From: Psammoneis japonica
Taxonomy: Eukaryota
Assembly: GCA_008632985.1 (NCBI GenBank)
Contig: QPGO01000091.1
Span: forward strand, 186,001-250,000
Length of the DNA: 64,000 nt
Direction of reading: 5' to 3'
Shown in pieces: positions 22,056 to 33,734 of the stretch. The notes under the pieces are model-generated. The model was not told where the DNA came from, searched no databases, and saw nothing but the letters and a program-made list of their open reading frames with translations. The position numbers and the translations under genes are program-made. The first letter of the stretch is position 1. The number at the start of each line of letters is the position of its first letter.

Positions 22056-24062
22056 ATGATGGCGCACTCGGGACGACGCAACGCATTGGTCGATTGGAAC
22101 TCAAATCGGCGCTATTCGGGGCCTTTTTCCTCACTACGACTTCCCATCATCCTCGTTCTACTCTACGTTTCTATTTTCTTGTTTCGTCAGTTTAGAACGC
22201 CATTGTCGGTTTTTAATCAGCTTGATGAGTTGGTTGTCACTGAGGAGGAAAAAGAAGTCAAGGTTTTTTCAAGAGAACCGGCGATAAAAAATGGGAGAGT
22301 TTGTGAAGCAATCGGGAGAGACTCAGCCATGTCAATCTGGACAGAACAAATTGGTCACATTCTGAATGCTAGTCAACTGCCGATTGATAGAGCATACGTA
22401 ATGCATGACAACACTGCAGCAGTATTGAAACTCATCACACCAAGGATTCAGCTGGCACAGCGAAGTGTCCCTCGAAATTGGAAGACAGTTGGCGTTTTGA
22501 TCCAAAAAATCGATGAACGTCTGCGCTACTTGCACGCTGACGGAAACACGGACAAGGGGCAAGTGGTTCCCCCTCCGATTAAAATTCTTGTAATGGGTGG
22601 CTCCGTGACAATGGGGGTGAACTGTTACGGCGGAGTGCCCAGGTCCAATAATTATGTATGTTCTTGGGCCAACCGTCTAGAAAAATTCGTTAACCGGTTG
22701 GCTGGTGGTGAGCTTGTGGTGATTCATAATACCGCGTTTGGAGGAACCAACTCCAAGACGGGACGAGCGCTGTTGGAGTATGACTTACTTCCAGATTACG
22801 CAACCAATCCAGACATTGTAATCAACGCCTACTCGACCAACGACATGCATGTCCTTACTATGATGGAGGCGAAGGCGCAGGGTGTATCTTTGAGGGATAT
22901 GACATTTGACATGAACCAAGATTTTGTGCGCACTGTTCTAAGCAAGTGCATGCCGACTAGTGCAACAGAGGTCGCACCACTCTTACTATACCTTGACGAC
23001 TATCTTGGAAACGAGCAACGGGAAATTTTGGCAACGACGGAGTTTTCACAAGGTATCCAAGTACTAGCCAATTACTATGGGTTTGGCTTTTTTTCCTATG
23101 GGGACGTTGTTCGCGATTTGGTCTATGGAACGACTGACGAGATGTTCTTTTCTCCAGCCGGCTGGTACAATAAACAGAGAGGGCCCGCTATGCGTCGTGA
23201 AATCCATCCTCAGGTAGGCATGCACCTAGCTACAACTTTCATATTTGCCTTCCACATGCTGCAGCTGGCAAGTAGCTACTGTCGATTGGAACCATGGAAT
23301 GTTATAAAAGGCGAAGCCACGCAATATAATGCGTCGATTGTTCCGGGCTTGCCGCCCTTGAGATTAGGTAATGTATGGGGGCCAGTTCCAAATCCAACGC
23401 TTCGAAGTCTACCACCAAGGCTTCATCCAAAATTGAGTCTTGAAACAGTGAGTGCAGAATGGCGTGAGGCCGAAGCTGCGCAAGGGGAAAGGTCTTGCCA
23501 AAGCATCTCTACGACGCGTCGTTGTCCCGTTTCCTGGATAAGTGGTTTGGACAGAGCACGGAACGATGAGAAATCTGTGAACGCTTATTTTGAGCCATTT
23601 GTAGTTCAACCGGCGGGGTGGGAGTTCATTGATGATACGGGAAAAGGCAAGTTTGGTTTCTCCCCCAAACAACCGCCCGATGGCACGATGAGTGAAGCGA
23701 GTCCCGCCACTATGATTCTAAACTTTGCTTCATTGGAAAAGGTAGAACCCGGACGTGTTGTACGCAGTTTGACTGTATTTTATCTCAAGAGCTACGGTGT
23801 GAAATGGGAAAACGCCAAAGCAAATGTACGAGTCCTGAAACTTGAAGATATTCAGTCCAACAATAACAGTAGTGGGGTAGACAGTGCGTACAAGGATTTG
23901 GCATCGATCAGCTTAGTTGGTCATCATGACAAAGAAACCAGTGAGATGTACGATGAGACCATTGCATGGCCTGATACACCCATGGCACAGCTACGGGTTA
24001 AGCTTGAAGGTGACCCAAATGGCGCCACCTTCAAGGTGCTAGGGCTAGCTCTTTGTAGCTAG
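22056..24062 (+). CDS. Type II membrane SGNH/GDSL-hydrolase-like protein
   Basis: 668-aa ORF; single N-terminal TM; ILVMGGSVTMG, NTAFGG, DIVINAYSTND and EIHP blocks. Confidence 0.75.
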   Translation: MMAHSGRRNALVDWNSNRRYSGPFSSLRLPIILVLLYVSIFLFRQFRTPLSVFNQLDELVVTEEEKEVKVFSREPAIKNGRVCEAIGRDSAMSIWTEQIGHILNASQLPIDRAYVMHDNTAAVLKLITPRIQLAQRSVPRNWKTVGVLIQKIDERLRYLHADGNTDKGQVVPPPIKILVMGGSVTMGVNCYGGVPRSNNYVCSWANRLEKFVNRLAGGELVVIHNTAFGGTNSKTGRALLEYDLLPDYATNPDIVINAYSTNDMHVLTMMEAKAQGVSLRDMTFDMNQDFVRTVLSKCMPTSATEVAPLLLYLDDYLGNEQREILATTEFSQGIQVLANYYGFGFFSYGDVVRDLVYGTTDEMFFSPAGWYNKQRGPAMRREIHPQVGMHLATTFIFAFHMLQLASSYCRLEPWNVIKGEATQYNASIVPGLPPLRLGNVWGPVPNPTLRSLPPRLHPKLSLETVSAEWREAEAAQGERSCQSISTTRRCPVSWISGLDRARNDEKSVNAYFEPFVVQPAGWEFIDDTGKGKFGFSPKQPPDGTMSEASPATMILNFASLEKVEPGRVVRSLTVFYLKSYGVKWENAKANVRVLKLEDIQSNNNSSGVDSAYKDLASISLVGHHDKETSEMYDETIAWPDTPMAQLRVKLEGDPNGATFKVLGLALCS

Positions 24063-24169
24063 CCTTTTGCTGTGAAAATACCATTTCGACTGCATCAAAG
24101 CCATTCTTCTCTATCATAGTGAAGACAGTGCTGTTGAATTCATAAAGTAACACTTAGAGCGCAAGGCTG

Positions 24170-27100
24170 TACACAACATCTCAACCAAAACACATCGAAG
24201 TCACCTTCCTACTTTCACTCAAAACGTTCGCTCAGATCGATTTGAAATTGGTCCATCGTTGCATTTTTAATTGAGGGATGGAAGCTTTGGGGGTCGCCGG
24301 GATTCCACTCCTGCCACAAATGATTGGCACTGCCTTGCATGTCAACCAAATCATTCATAATCCTCGTGTTGAGAGGTGGCATTGTGACTCATTTCTTCCC
24401 CTTTGTTCATTCAAAATGGTGGGCTTGAGCAGAGGAATCTTGAACCCCGAGATGAAACACCCAACTTCTGGCATTGCCGCCATGGACTTTGGAGTTCTCA
24501 AGAAGGGGGTCATTGTTGGTTGTCTCCCCACTTCTCCACTGAGCACAGGCCATGCCCCCAATTTCCCACTGAGGCAATGTGTCACTCTAAAAAAGCTGCT
24601 GCTGTGTTTGACATGTGGTCTCTGTGCCATCAATGGCAACAATGGGGAAAATGTTTGTCACAGTCTGCCACGCACTTTTGTGCTGCAATGTGATGACTGA
24701 ATCTTTCTGCAAAAACCAATTGGCCTCATTTCACTCACACACAGTTTGCCAATGAGGACCTTTTTCACTTTCAACACAATGCCCATTTCCTCCACAGTGT
24801 TGTCACCACCTGACACAAGAAGCATTTCTGTCATTTGTGTTGACAAAGCAGTGAAGAAGGGTCCAAAGTTCTTGATGCCACAATTTTGTGCAAGCCAAGG
24901 TTTGCTTCTTTTCACATCTTCCGAGACTTTTTGTGAGCAAATGTTTGGTTGAATCCATTCAAAAATGCTTCCATGTGAGAACACACACAAAGCATGCTTT
25001 GTGACAGACTCAAAAGCAAATTCATGCATTGGCACATCAAATTGTTTCTGTTGAAGTTGGCTGGGGTGGGGGGAAGCTGTTGGTTGCAACAAAAACAAAT
25101 CAAAACACAAAGCATGCAAATTTTATCCAACCACTTTGATCTCATCTCACAACCCCCTGGCTCTGGATCAGTGTGTGCTGCTTGCATCAATCAACATGAC
25201 ATTGATGCACAGGAGACTCTCAAAAATGCCAGATGGATGATGCACACTGGGGTTGCACATGCAGGTGATTTGTTGCAGTGCCCTCTGGTGCATTTGTGAA
25301 AAACTCTCTACAGAAATTTTCCATGTGTGGATCAAAATGGAGCAACAACTGACACCATCTGTCTGACATCATGCAAGAGGCTCTGTGGCAACCCAGGGTG
25401 TGCAAAGCATGTGCACAGTGTGGCCAACACATGGACTCACATTGGACAGCAGTTTGCACACATCAGTCTTTTTTCAGAGCCAGGTGCTTTTCACATCATT
25501 CCAGTCCCCTGCTGCTCACAGAGTCTGGTGTGCCAATTCTGTGCATTGTTTGTTCTTTTTGTGGCAGTCTGTCAGCAGCTCAGTTGTTTGTGTCACATGC
25601 AAAACCAAGTGTCAACTTTTGCCCAGTTGCATGAAAAATGTTGTGATCAAATGCTAAAACAGCATTGTTTGTGCTGGTTGTTGGCATCAGGACTCCATGG
25701 AAAACAATGTAAGAAAAATGACAAATGCCACAGATGTGCACACACACTGGGACATTGGTTTTGGATCAGGCAGTGACCCTTCTGCATGTGCATGGTTTTG
25801 TGTTCTTTGCATTGGACCTGCACCTTCCTTTTGACACTCTTTTTTTTTTCATGGCAAAATTTTTGCATGCAGGTTTCATCCTGAGCCCTTTCACCTGACT
25901 TGCTTTTGACAAATCAGTGCACAATCAACATTGCCTGCTGCTGTGGTTTTCACTCATGTCAACAGGCCCAGAAGGCAGAAGCTTCAAGAGGTAAAGTCAA
26001 CAATTGCAAGCAAAGGCCCTGGACAAAGCCAGTGTGTCAGAGATGTCAGACCTGACTGCATTGTGTTCACACATGGTCAGGCACCAACTGGCTCTCTTGG
26101 CAGGTGTTCCAAGTGTTGTCTTCTCCACAGTTGTGCACTTTGTGGGCATCAACAACTGGCACAAGAATGCTTTGGGACATGGCAGAGCTGCAACCTCAAT
26201 TGGAAAAAAAAAACAGCGGCAGCCAATTGTCTTGCTTTTGGCACCTGTGTCATTTTGAGCATGGGCAAGCATCAAGTGGTCTGACCAGCTGTTGGAAATC
26301 AGATGGGCAGCCAAAGTGATCATCGACAGCAAAAGGGAAAGGGAAGATCTTGTCATTGTTGAGGGGATTCAATGGCAAGAAAGCCATCAGCAGAGGAGGC
26401 AGAGGTGCCAAGAAACTTTGATCTTGTGCTCAAATGTGGTGTGCCTCAGTCAATGCTGGAATGGAGGAGGGGGGCAGCAGACCAGGACGAGGGTGTGAGA
26501 AGGAGGTTTGGGTGAGTTGGCATCAACAGCTGTGTGGTGCAGAGGTCATGGTGTGGTGGCAGGAGCATGTGAAGAGGGAAGAGATGCCAACACCAGCAAA
26601 AGAGGATGGGAGGTCAGAAGTTTTGCAGGTTCAAGGTGTGTGAACATTGTTGGGGGAATGACACACAGCTGACCACCAGGGGGGCCAGGGTCTGTGAAAT
26701 GAGAAAGGTGGTGCCTTGCAAAGGCTACTGGAGAGCTTGGGCTTGTGACTGCATTAGAGTGAGAAGGTGTGATCACCACAGGCATCAAGGGGGGTGGTGC
26801 ATCCACGGGGCAGGGAGAACCAACATGGCATTGATGATGAAGGTTGCAGAGGCACAGTTTGTGCTGAGCAGCAGCTGCTGGTGGGCTGGTGCAGGTGCCA
26901 GAGGCAAGGCGACAGCAATGAAAAAGCACAAGAAAGGGAGTGAAGGGGATGGCTTGCGAGCATCACTTGCCTGCATGCAACTCTGGCTGGGTTTGGCTCC
27001 TTCTAACTTTTTTCAGATGGTTCATGTCTGATCTGTTGACTTGTCTCTTAGTGGGATCAGGTCTGCAATTGATTGCCCCCCACATTGGCATGAAAAAGCA

Positions 27101-29850
27101 CCAAGTTGGTGCAACCAATGAAAAATCACTTTAATTGAGATGGCCTGGCATGAACAGGCTGCAACTGGCACAAGTCTTGACCACTGAAGCAGCAAAAGGA
27201 ATGACCACCAGCAATAGAGTGATTGCTGGCAAGGAGGATTTGAGCACCAACATGGTCAAAATGACCAAGATGGGTGGATGTTTGGTGATTTTAACAACAA
27301 CAACAACAACAACAATGCATCACAACAAGCACAACATGCCCAGCATGCAGGCAACATGCAATTTTCCCAACTCTTGTTGGAACAAGTGAAAGCTGTGAAA
27401 AAAACTTTGGTTGATGAGGTGGATTTGGCAAAAGAGGATCAAGTGCAAGTTGCTTCCAAGGTTGCCAGCACATTGAATGAAAAAGCCAGCATTTGCAAAG
27501 TTTCATTTGTGAACATTTCTCCCACGCAGGCTTTTGGGTTGGACTTCGATGAAATCAAGAAGAAAGACCCCATGGATGACTTGGCAGATGCCATGGCAAA
27601 ACACACCATGATCACAGTCTTGCCATGCACAGCCACAGCCATGACCACAAAGAATTCCCCCAAAGGATGCAGGAGCAGATTGCACTGACAACCCGCACAG
27701 CACAGATCAGTGCTGTGCCATGCACTTGAGCCAAGCTGGACATCACATGTTGGTCAAAATGGCTGGCTGATGGTGGGGCTTCCCTCCCTTGTGAACAAAT
27801 GGACATGCTGTTTGCCCAGGATGGTTTGGTGCAGGAACAGAAATGTGTTCTCCAACCAGGATGATTTTGTCTCAACAGTGTTTGGCAATCATTGCACCAG
27901 GAACTGTTGTCTTTGTGGGCATGGACGTGAAAGAAAAAGCCATTTTGCCAAGGCATTGGATCTTGCCTTTTGACAGATGCCAAAACAGATGCTCGCCATC
28001 AACAGCTGCAATGTTTTGAGCAGCAGGTCTGTTTTGCGATGGGTGATCAGCAGTGAACAGGCCAAGCGGGTTGGTCAGCAGAATGAGATGACAAGTCCTT
28101 GCTCAAAATCATCAAAACTGCTGTTGTGTGGGCACCCCGTGGGCATCACAGCACACACAGCTTCTGTTTCCTCAATCAGACATTGCTGGGGTGGTGGGAT
28201 CTGAGTGAGTTGTGAGTTGTGTTGGTTGAATGATGCATTTGGGCCTTTTGACAAACACAAATGTCGTCGCAAAAAGGTGTGGCCCGAGCATGAGCCATTT
28301 GGCTTGCTCAGTGCCACACCGCACACAGCAAATGAAGCAATGATGACACAACTTGAACATGCAAGTCTCAGAATTGAGCCCAAAAGTAAACTGACACAGC
28401 CAAATTATTGTCGATCCACCGCAATTATTTTCTCCTCTCCAGATGCCTGCACAATGTCTGAGCATTGTGCCGTGGCATCTTGCTGTGGACCGTGCACTGT
28501 GGCTCCCCCCTCTGCACCGGGGCAATGGTTTGCAGTGCACAGGCAGCAGCATCTGTGAAGGTGCATGGCCATGCATTGGCATGCTGCCAGCAAAGTTACC
28601 CAGATGCCTTCTGGTGTTGGGAGACTTGGAATGATCACAGCAAAATGATTTTTGTCATGGCAGAACCCACCATCCATCTTCAATCAAGTCCTGTTGATGG
28701 GTCCATGCCTTGTCAAATTCTGAGCCTCAAGACAGAATCAACATCAATTTTGAGAGCACCCACTTCTGTCCACTTTGCGATGAGTTTCAAGTCCATCTTC
28801 TTGGACTGGCACATGACCAACCTGACTTTCTGACTGGCCCACAATGTGCAGAACCAACCCAATGGCACATTCTCAATGGTTGGAAGAGTGCTCACAAATG
28901 ATTCCACAAAAAATGAAGTGTGGAAGGGGTGCCGAACATCACAAGGGCAATTTTGCTCAACTCTGTGATGAATGGCTCACAACACACTTGGCAAATAAAA
29001 GAGCACTGCACACCTTTGATTTTGTGATGATTGCAATGACAAGTCATGGTTCAGCACAAGAAAAAACCAGGGTGTTTTGTTTTTGCTGAGCTCAAGTGTT
29101 GATGGCAAGCTTGTGCAAGAACTCAACTTGCTGCCACTTGCCACTTTTGCATCTTTCCTTTGCATGTCACTTTCTCCAAAACTGAACAACAAATTGGAAC
29201 AGCCATGTGCAGTTTCGCAACAACCACTTGCTGTGTGAAAGGAAATGTGGTGCAAAACAACGCACTTTCTTTTTGGCTTTGCTCTGCAAGCACATGGAAC
29301 ACACCACCATTGTCAAATTTTTGTTGCCAAAAGCCACCTGAGATGTCCTTGGTGATGGGATGCTGGCAACAGGAGAGCAGAATTGTGACCCCAGTGGACA
29401 AAGAGCTGCTGACATGACTTGCCACGACCTGGCTGGCAGAGGAAATTTGTTGGGGTTTGCAGAAGAAATGGGGTGATGTCCACACTTCCAACCCCACCCA
29501 CTTTGTGTCCTGCTTTTGCTTGCTCTGGAGGAGGCTGCCATTCACGATGAGCTCTTTTGCCCCAAAGAGAGGCGCACACAGTGCTGAAGGAGTCGCTCAC
29601 TTGACCCAGACAAAAGATCATGTTGGTTGGAGACAAGTGTTCAATGGATGTTTCTCAGTCCTGTGGAATGAAGTGTGCAGAAGATGCATCTGTTGGACCA
29701 ATGTCTCTCTTCCAAATGTCAAGATGAGACCATTTGCAGACTCAACTGGGTTGCTGCTGCTGTCGGAAACCATGGTCGCTCGGTTGCGTTTGGCCGCCGC
29801 GGCCGGCAGGCAGGTCTGGAAGTTCGTCGATCGTTCGTCTCACGGCGGCT
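24170..29850. other. TpA- and CpG-depleted hypermutated island containing degenerate coding and mobile-element relics
   Basis: Only about 20 TA dinucleotides seen in ~5.6 kb, CG rare, TG/CA in excess; ORFs are Cys/His-rich and almost Tyr-free. Confidence 0.9.
25860..26310 (+). pseudogene. Hypermutated, frameshifted paralogous fragment of the 36.1-38.1 kb membrane-protein gene (includes its intron)
   Basis: Aligns with about 36140-36570, e.g. LRSYMVWRRSALLVAIPSVVFS vs LCSHMVRHQLALLAGVPSVVFS and WHKNATGY vs WHKNALGH. Confidence 0.9.
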
Positions 29851-29944
29851 ATCTCACGGCTCACGGCTCGCACGGCAACGTCTACTGTATATCAACTTGA
29901 AACTACTATTAATACTACTGCTACTACTTGTTCTCAACGAGACG

Positions 29945-30574
29945 ATGAACGCTTGGCTAGTTCATGGGCTCCTTGCCGTCATTTCATGGGCTCTTTTGGT
30001 TCCTTTGTCCATTGTTGTGTCAAGTTTGCGAGATTTCTTCCCTTCTCCTTCTCCCTGGCATCGCGACTTGAATCCTGAAGGTTCAAAAGCATGGGCGAAG
30101 ACACACCGGTATCTCACAGAAAGTTGTGTGCTGCTTACAATCATATCCTTTTCCATAGCGGTTCACAAGGTTAACAAGTCGGGAGGGAAGCACTTTCACA
30201 ACAATCATGAACGAGTCGGTCTATTGATCGTTATTTCTTTGCCACTTTTGTGGGTTCTGGGGCGGCTTCTCATGCCACCCAAACAACGCAGGTTTCAGGA
30301 ACCAGCAACGAACGAATCGACGAGCCTGCTACGTGATGTTGAGAGCGGCGATCCACGCGCTTCGCGATTTAGCAAGTTACCTCTTGTTTGGGCTCATCGG
30401 TTGACGGGTCTAGCATTTTCTGTCTTGGCTCTGTGGGAGGTGTATAGCGGGCTTCAGCTGTATGCCAAGCATCAGTACTTGAATGGCTGGTACTCGAAAG
30501 TGTTCTTTGTATGGATTGGAGCTTTGATTGTGATAACTGGGGCGCTACGATTTCGTTTTCGAGGAAGCAGTTGA
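29945..30574 (+). CDS. Cytochrome b561-domain membrane protein
   Basis: Four heme-ligand-like His (VHG, THR, NHE, AHR) in a 5-TM arrangement. Confidence 0.85.
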   Translation: MNAWLVHGLLAVISWALLVPLSIVVSSLRDFFPSPSPWHRDLNPEGSKAWAKTHRYLTESCVLLTIISFSIAVHKVNKSGGKHFHNNHERVGLLIVISLPLLWVLGRLLMPPKQRRFQEPATNESTSLLRDVESGDPRASRFSKLPLVWAHRLTGLAFSVLALWEVYSGLQLYAKHQYLNGWYSKVFFVWIGALIVITGALRFRFRGSS

Positions 30575-30599
30575 AAATTATAAGTGATGCTGTACAGGT

Positions 30600-31140
30600 T
30601 TGAGCGGCAACGTCCGTATGATCTCGGGATGCAAGATGGACAAATAATGAACAAACATCTGGTAATATGTCTCCTCGTATCGTTTCAGCTACCGGATCCG
30701 GCCGGTCGAGGTGGTGCCCGCACATTGGCTCTACTCAATGCATTGTATGCCTACCATTACAATGTGGATGATCATTTGACCTCTGTGCAGAGATTGAACT
30801 GTGGGAAAAGGACTTCACAAAAGTGCCTCAGTTGACGAGCTCCGAGCAATTTGAAAGTCATTATGCTTTCTCACATTGCACCCGAAGATCATGCTGACAT
30901 TCCGTACAGTACCTACTGATTGAAGTCAACCATGTAGCATGAAATTGCCCAATTGCGCAGTTGCCGTAACGATCTACATCATATTGAGAATTACATTATG
31001 GATATGCATGGTTTGAGGAAGAAAAAATTACGTGCTGCTTGTGACGGAGAAAAGGCAGAGTTATCCTCAAGGCTATGTATGCCAAGGTTATAGAAGAAAG
31101 TGAATCTGATGACGATTTCATTGGTATTCTGGTGGGTAAA
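30600..31140 (+). pseudogene. Metacaspase pseudogene
   Basis: Fragments VRMISGC, SFQLPDPAGRGG, PQLTSS, YIMDMHG and YSG in shifting frames with stops. Confidence 0.88.
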
Positions 31141-31695
31141 GCTACGTCTCGTTGCAGACAGCTAGACCTTTTAACTGGAACATTGAAGATCCAATAAACT
31201 GCACTGGGACTTCAGTGTTTTGCGACTCCTTGCCTCACTTTGTTTGATTCCGCAACACTTGTGCTGGTTCCCGCCGGTGTTTGAATCAACTGTTCCCGTA
31301 CACCTTGCATTCAATCATGCTACCATAATCACGCTATCACCAGAAGCATTCAACCATTGACCAAGACATCCAACACCATAACAACGGGCACGATCTTAAC
31401 CGGTGACCCTATCACTCCGACTAGCACACGAATGCAAAGAAGATCTCCACTCCATAAACCAGTAAAGAAGAGAATTCGATCATCGTTCACCGCCTATCGC
31501 AGATAACATTCTCTTCTTATCATTTCATTCTTTACACAAACTACATTTGCTTTGTCTCTTCCTATGGTATCGCCTTACAGGAATCAAGGCATCTCCCAAA
31601 GTAAGTCGCCAGTGCGTTTACTTTGACTGCAAAGACTGGTTCGTCTTTCGTCGTTTCGCATATCTTGAGACGAGCGAGGAGCTCCAACTTAAAAA

Positions 31696-33665
31696 TCAGC
31701 TACCACGATTTGGAACATCGAACTCCAACTGCCTTGTTGGGTTTTCGTGAGCTCCGCAGTAATAAAATGCGGACCATCTTTCTTCGTCGTGCACAAGATG
31801 CAAGGTGTGGACACCGTCCGGCGGAGTCGGTAGGCCATTGATCGATAAATTCTCGGCAGAGTAATGAACAACCCAAATATGTCCAGCACCAATCAACTCT
31901 CCGTATCTCTTAGCCCGCGTATAGTGCTCACGCAATTCCGTGTTACTTGAAGTCGCTTCTAATCCCAGCACATAGCGCCTCCCTACGCATGCTCCGTCGG
32001 GAGTCGCGTCTTCCAAAACGAAATCAATGCGTTGGCGATTACCGTCCATCCGCACTTCAGGGAAGAAGCGCCATACTTTAGGAATCCACGCGCGAATGAT
32101 TGAAGCAAGCTGAGATTGATAAAAGTACTCGCTTGGTACTGGCCTCCTGGCTCCTCTGCCTGCAAGTTTGTACGACCAGCGAACGGCTTCGGCTAGATCG
32201 TTCAATGGAAAGTAGGCCGTGCTGTCCAAGAGTAGCATCATCATATTCAAATTGCCGTCTTCCGTCATGGGCAGAGAGTCGATAACCACTTGACGACAAT
32301 CTTGAATAACGATTTTTTAAATTGCCAGTGAACAAACCATAGAACTGGCGATGACGACTTGATTTGGACCCGACGCATCCCTCACCATGCCGACGGTTTT
32401 CAAATAGTCTAGAGCTTCCGGATCAATAGTATCGGATGATACACTGGTAGTGCTGCTCAGAAACTGCCTCGAAAGGGCTATGCGGGCGGCTTTCCGCAAC
32501 TCATCGTCGCCAGTAAGGTCCAAGTGCATCCGTCGCATTGTGGGAAAATAGTTAAACCAGCTGAGGAGTCGTTGACGTACCCACTCCAGCCATACCGCAA
32601 GCGTCAACTGCCTGTCTACACCCGTTGATTCGGTGAGTAAATGAATTCGGATTTCTTCAGCAATTGCCTTGCCGCACATGTTGACGAGCCCCGCGTGGCC
32701 ACCAGCCCGACGGTGAATGTCCACAATGACCTCCGATTCAACATGAAAATGAGGGCGACAAGCCAAGTACTCCCTGAACATATCTTGAACTTCTTCTTCT
32801 GTCAAGAGTGGGGCAGAAACCGCATCTCCGACATTAAACGGAGATATCTTTCCAATAGTGTTGAGTCGGATCATAGAAAAAACACCGACGATAACAACAG
32901 AATGAAGCATGTGATCTGGTGATGAGTTCTTGAGCCCGCGAAATATTGATAGAATCGCACTTCTTGTTTCTTCTTTCATATCACCGAGAGTATCAAACTC
33001 GTCAATGAAGAGAACATACTTCTTGTCGCGCTTCAACGTCGTATTATTGTTTTGGTTCCAGATTTGACTGAATTCGGGCCCGGAGGAGAATCGCCTTAGA
33101 CCGAGAGTTGCGGCGATTGCTTTTCCTTGCAAAATATCAGAAAAAAGAGTTCCAGAACGAGTCAATGTTTCCCCCTCTATCAGCCAGAGTAATGTCCACG
33201 TTCAAGCAGTGGTATTGTGTTTTGAGATCATCGCAGGCTTGCACCATTCTTGTGGACTTTCCGACCGCTCGTGGCCCGTGAAGCATCACACACTCTCCTT
33301 TTTAAATCCTCTCGTACAATTCAAAGTTTGTTTCTGTTGTTGGGACGACAAAGTGGTTGCCGCGAGCGGCTTTGTTAATTTGACCACTGACCGTAAATTT
33401 TCGCTTATCCGGACTAACCTGGACAGCAGACAAGTTTGAGGAAAGTTGGTCCACTTCACTCTTGATTGCAATTGCATCGTCTTACGTTTCTTCGGTGTAT
33501 CCAACAGCGGCTAGGGCTTTCTTCGCCTCCTCCGAGAGGCTTTTCCAGTAAACCATTTCCTTCCCGTGTGTTTTGCGCCCTAAGCAACAGAAGTCTGCGG
33601 TGAGTGTTGGTACGAATGCAATCAGCGAGGACGTTGTGTTTGGCGGGTGCCCGGGCAATGTTCAA
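31696..33665 (-). pseudogene. Crinkler-like P-loop ATPase plus C-terminal restriction-endonuclease-fold protein, disrupted
   Basis: Walker A LHGPRAVGKST, Walker B VLFIDEFD, SPFNV, GGHAGLVNMCG, then PSE..Y / RIDFVL / EHY / IWVVHY; in-frame TAA at about 33302 and 32317, +1 frameshift in a T-run at about 33141. Confidence 0.75.
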
Positions 33666-33734
33666 TTTTTCCGTAACGGCGCATTCACCTTCACAGGCAG
33701 AGCGGAGTTCAGATCATAGATCATACTGTAGTGC

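Noticed and set aside
24278..29636. Dozens of Cys/His-rich ORFs as real genes or zinc-finger proteins (also at 33.8-35.6, 43.3-44.5, 51.7-53.5 and 59.8-64 kb)
   Set aside because: Explained by loss of TAA/TAG and Tyr->Cys/His conversion; they overlap in all frames and lack coherent domains.
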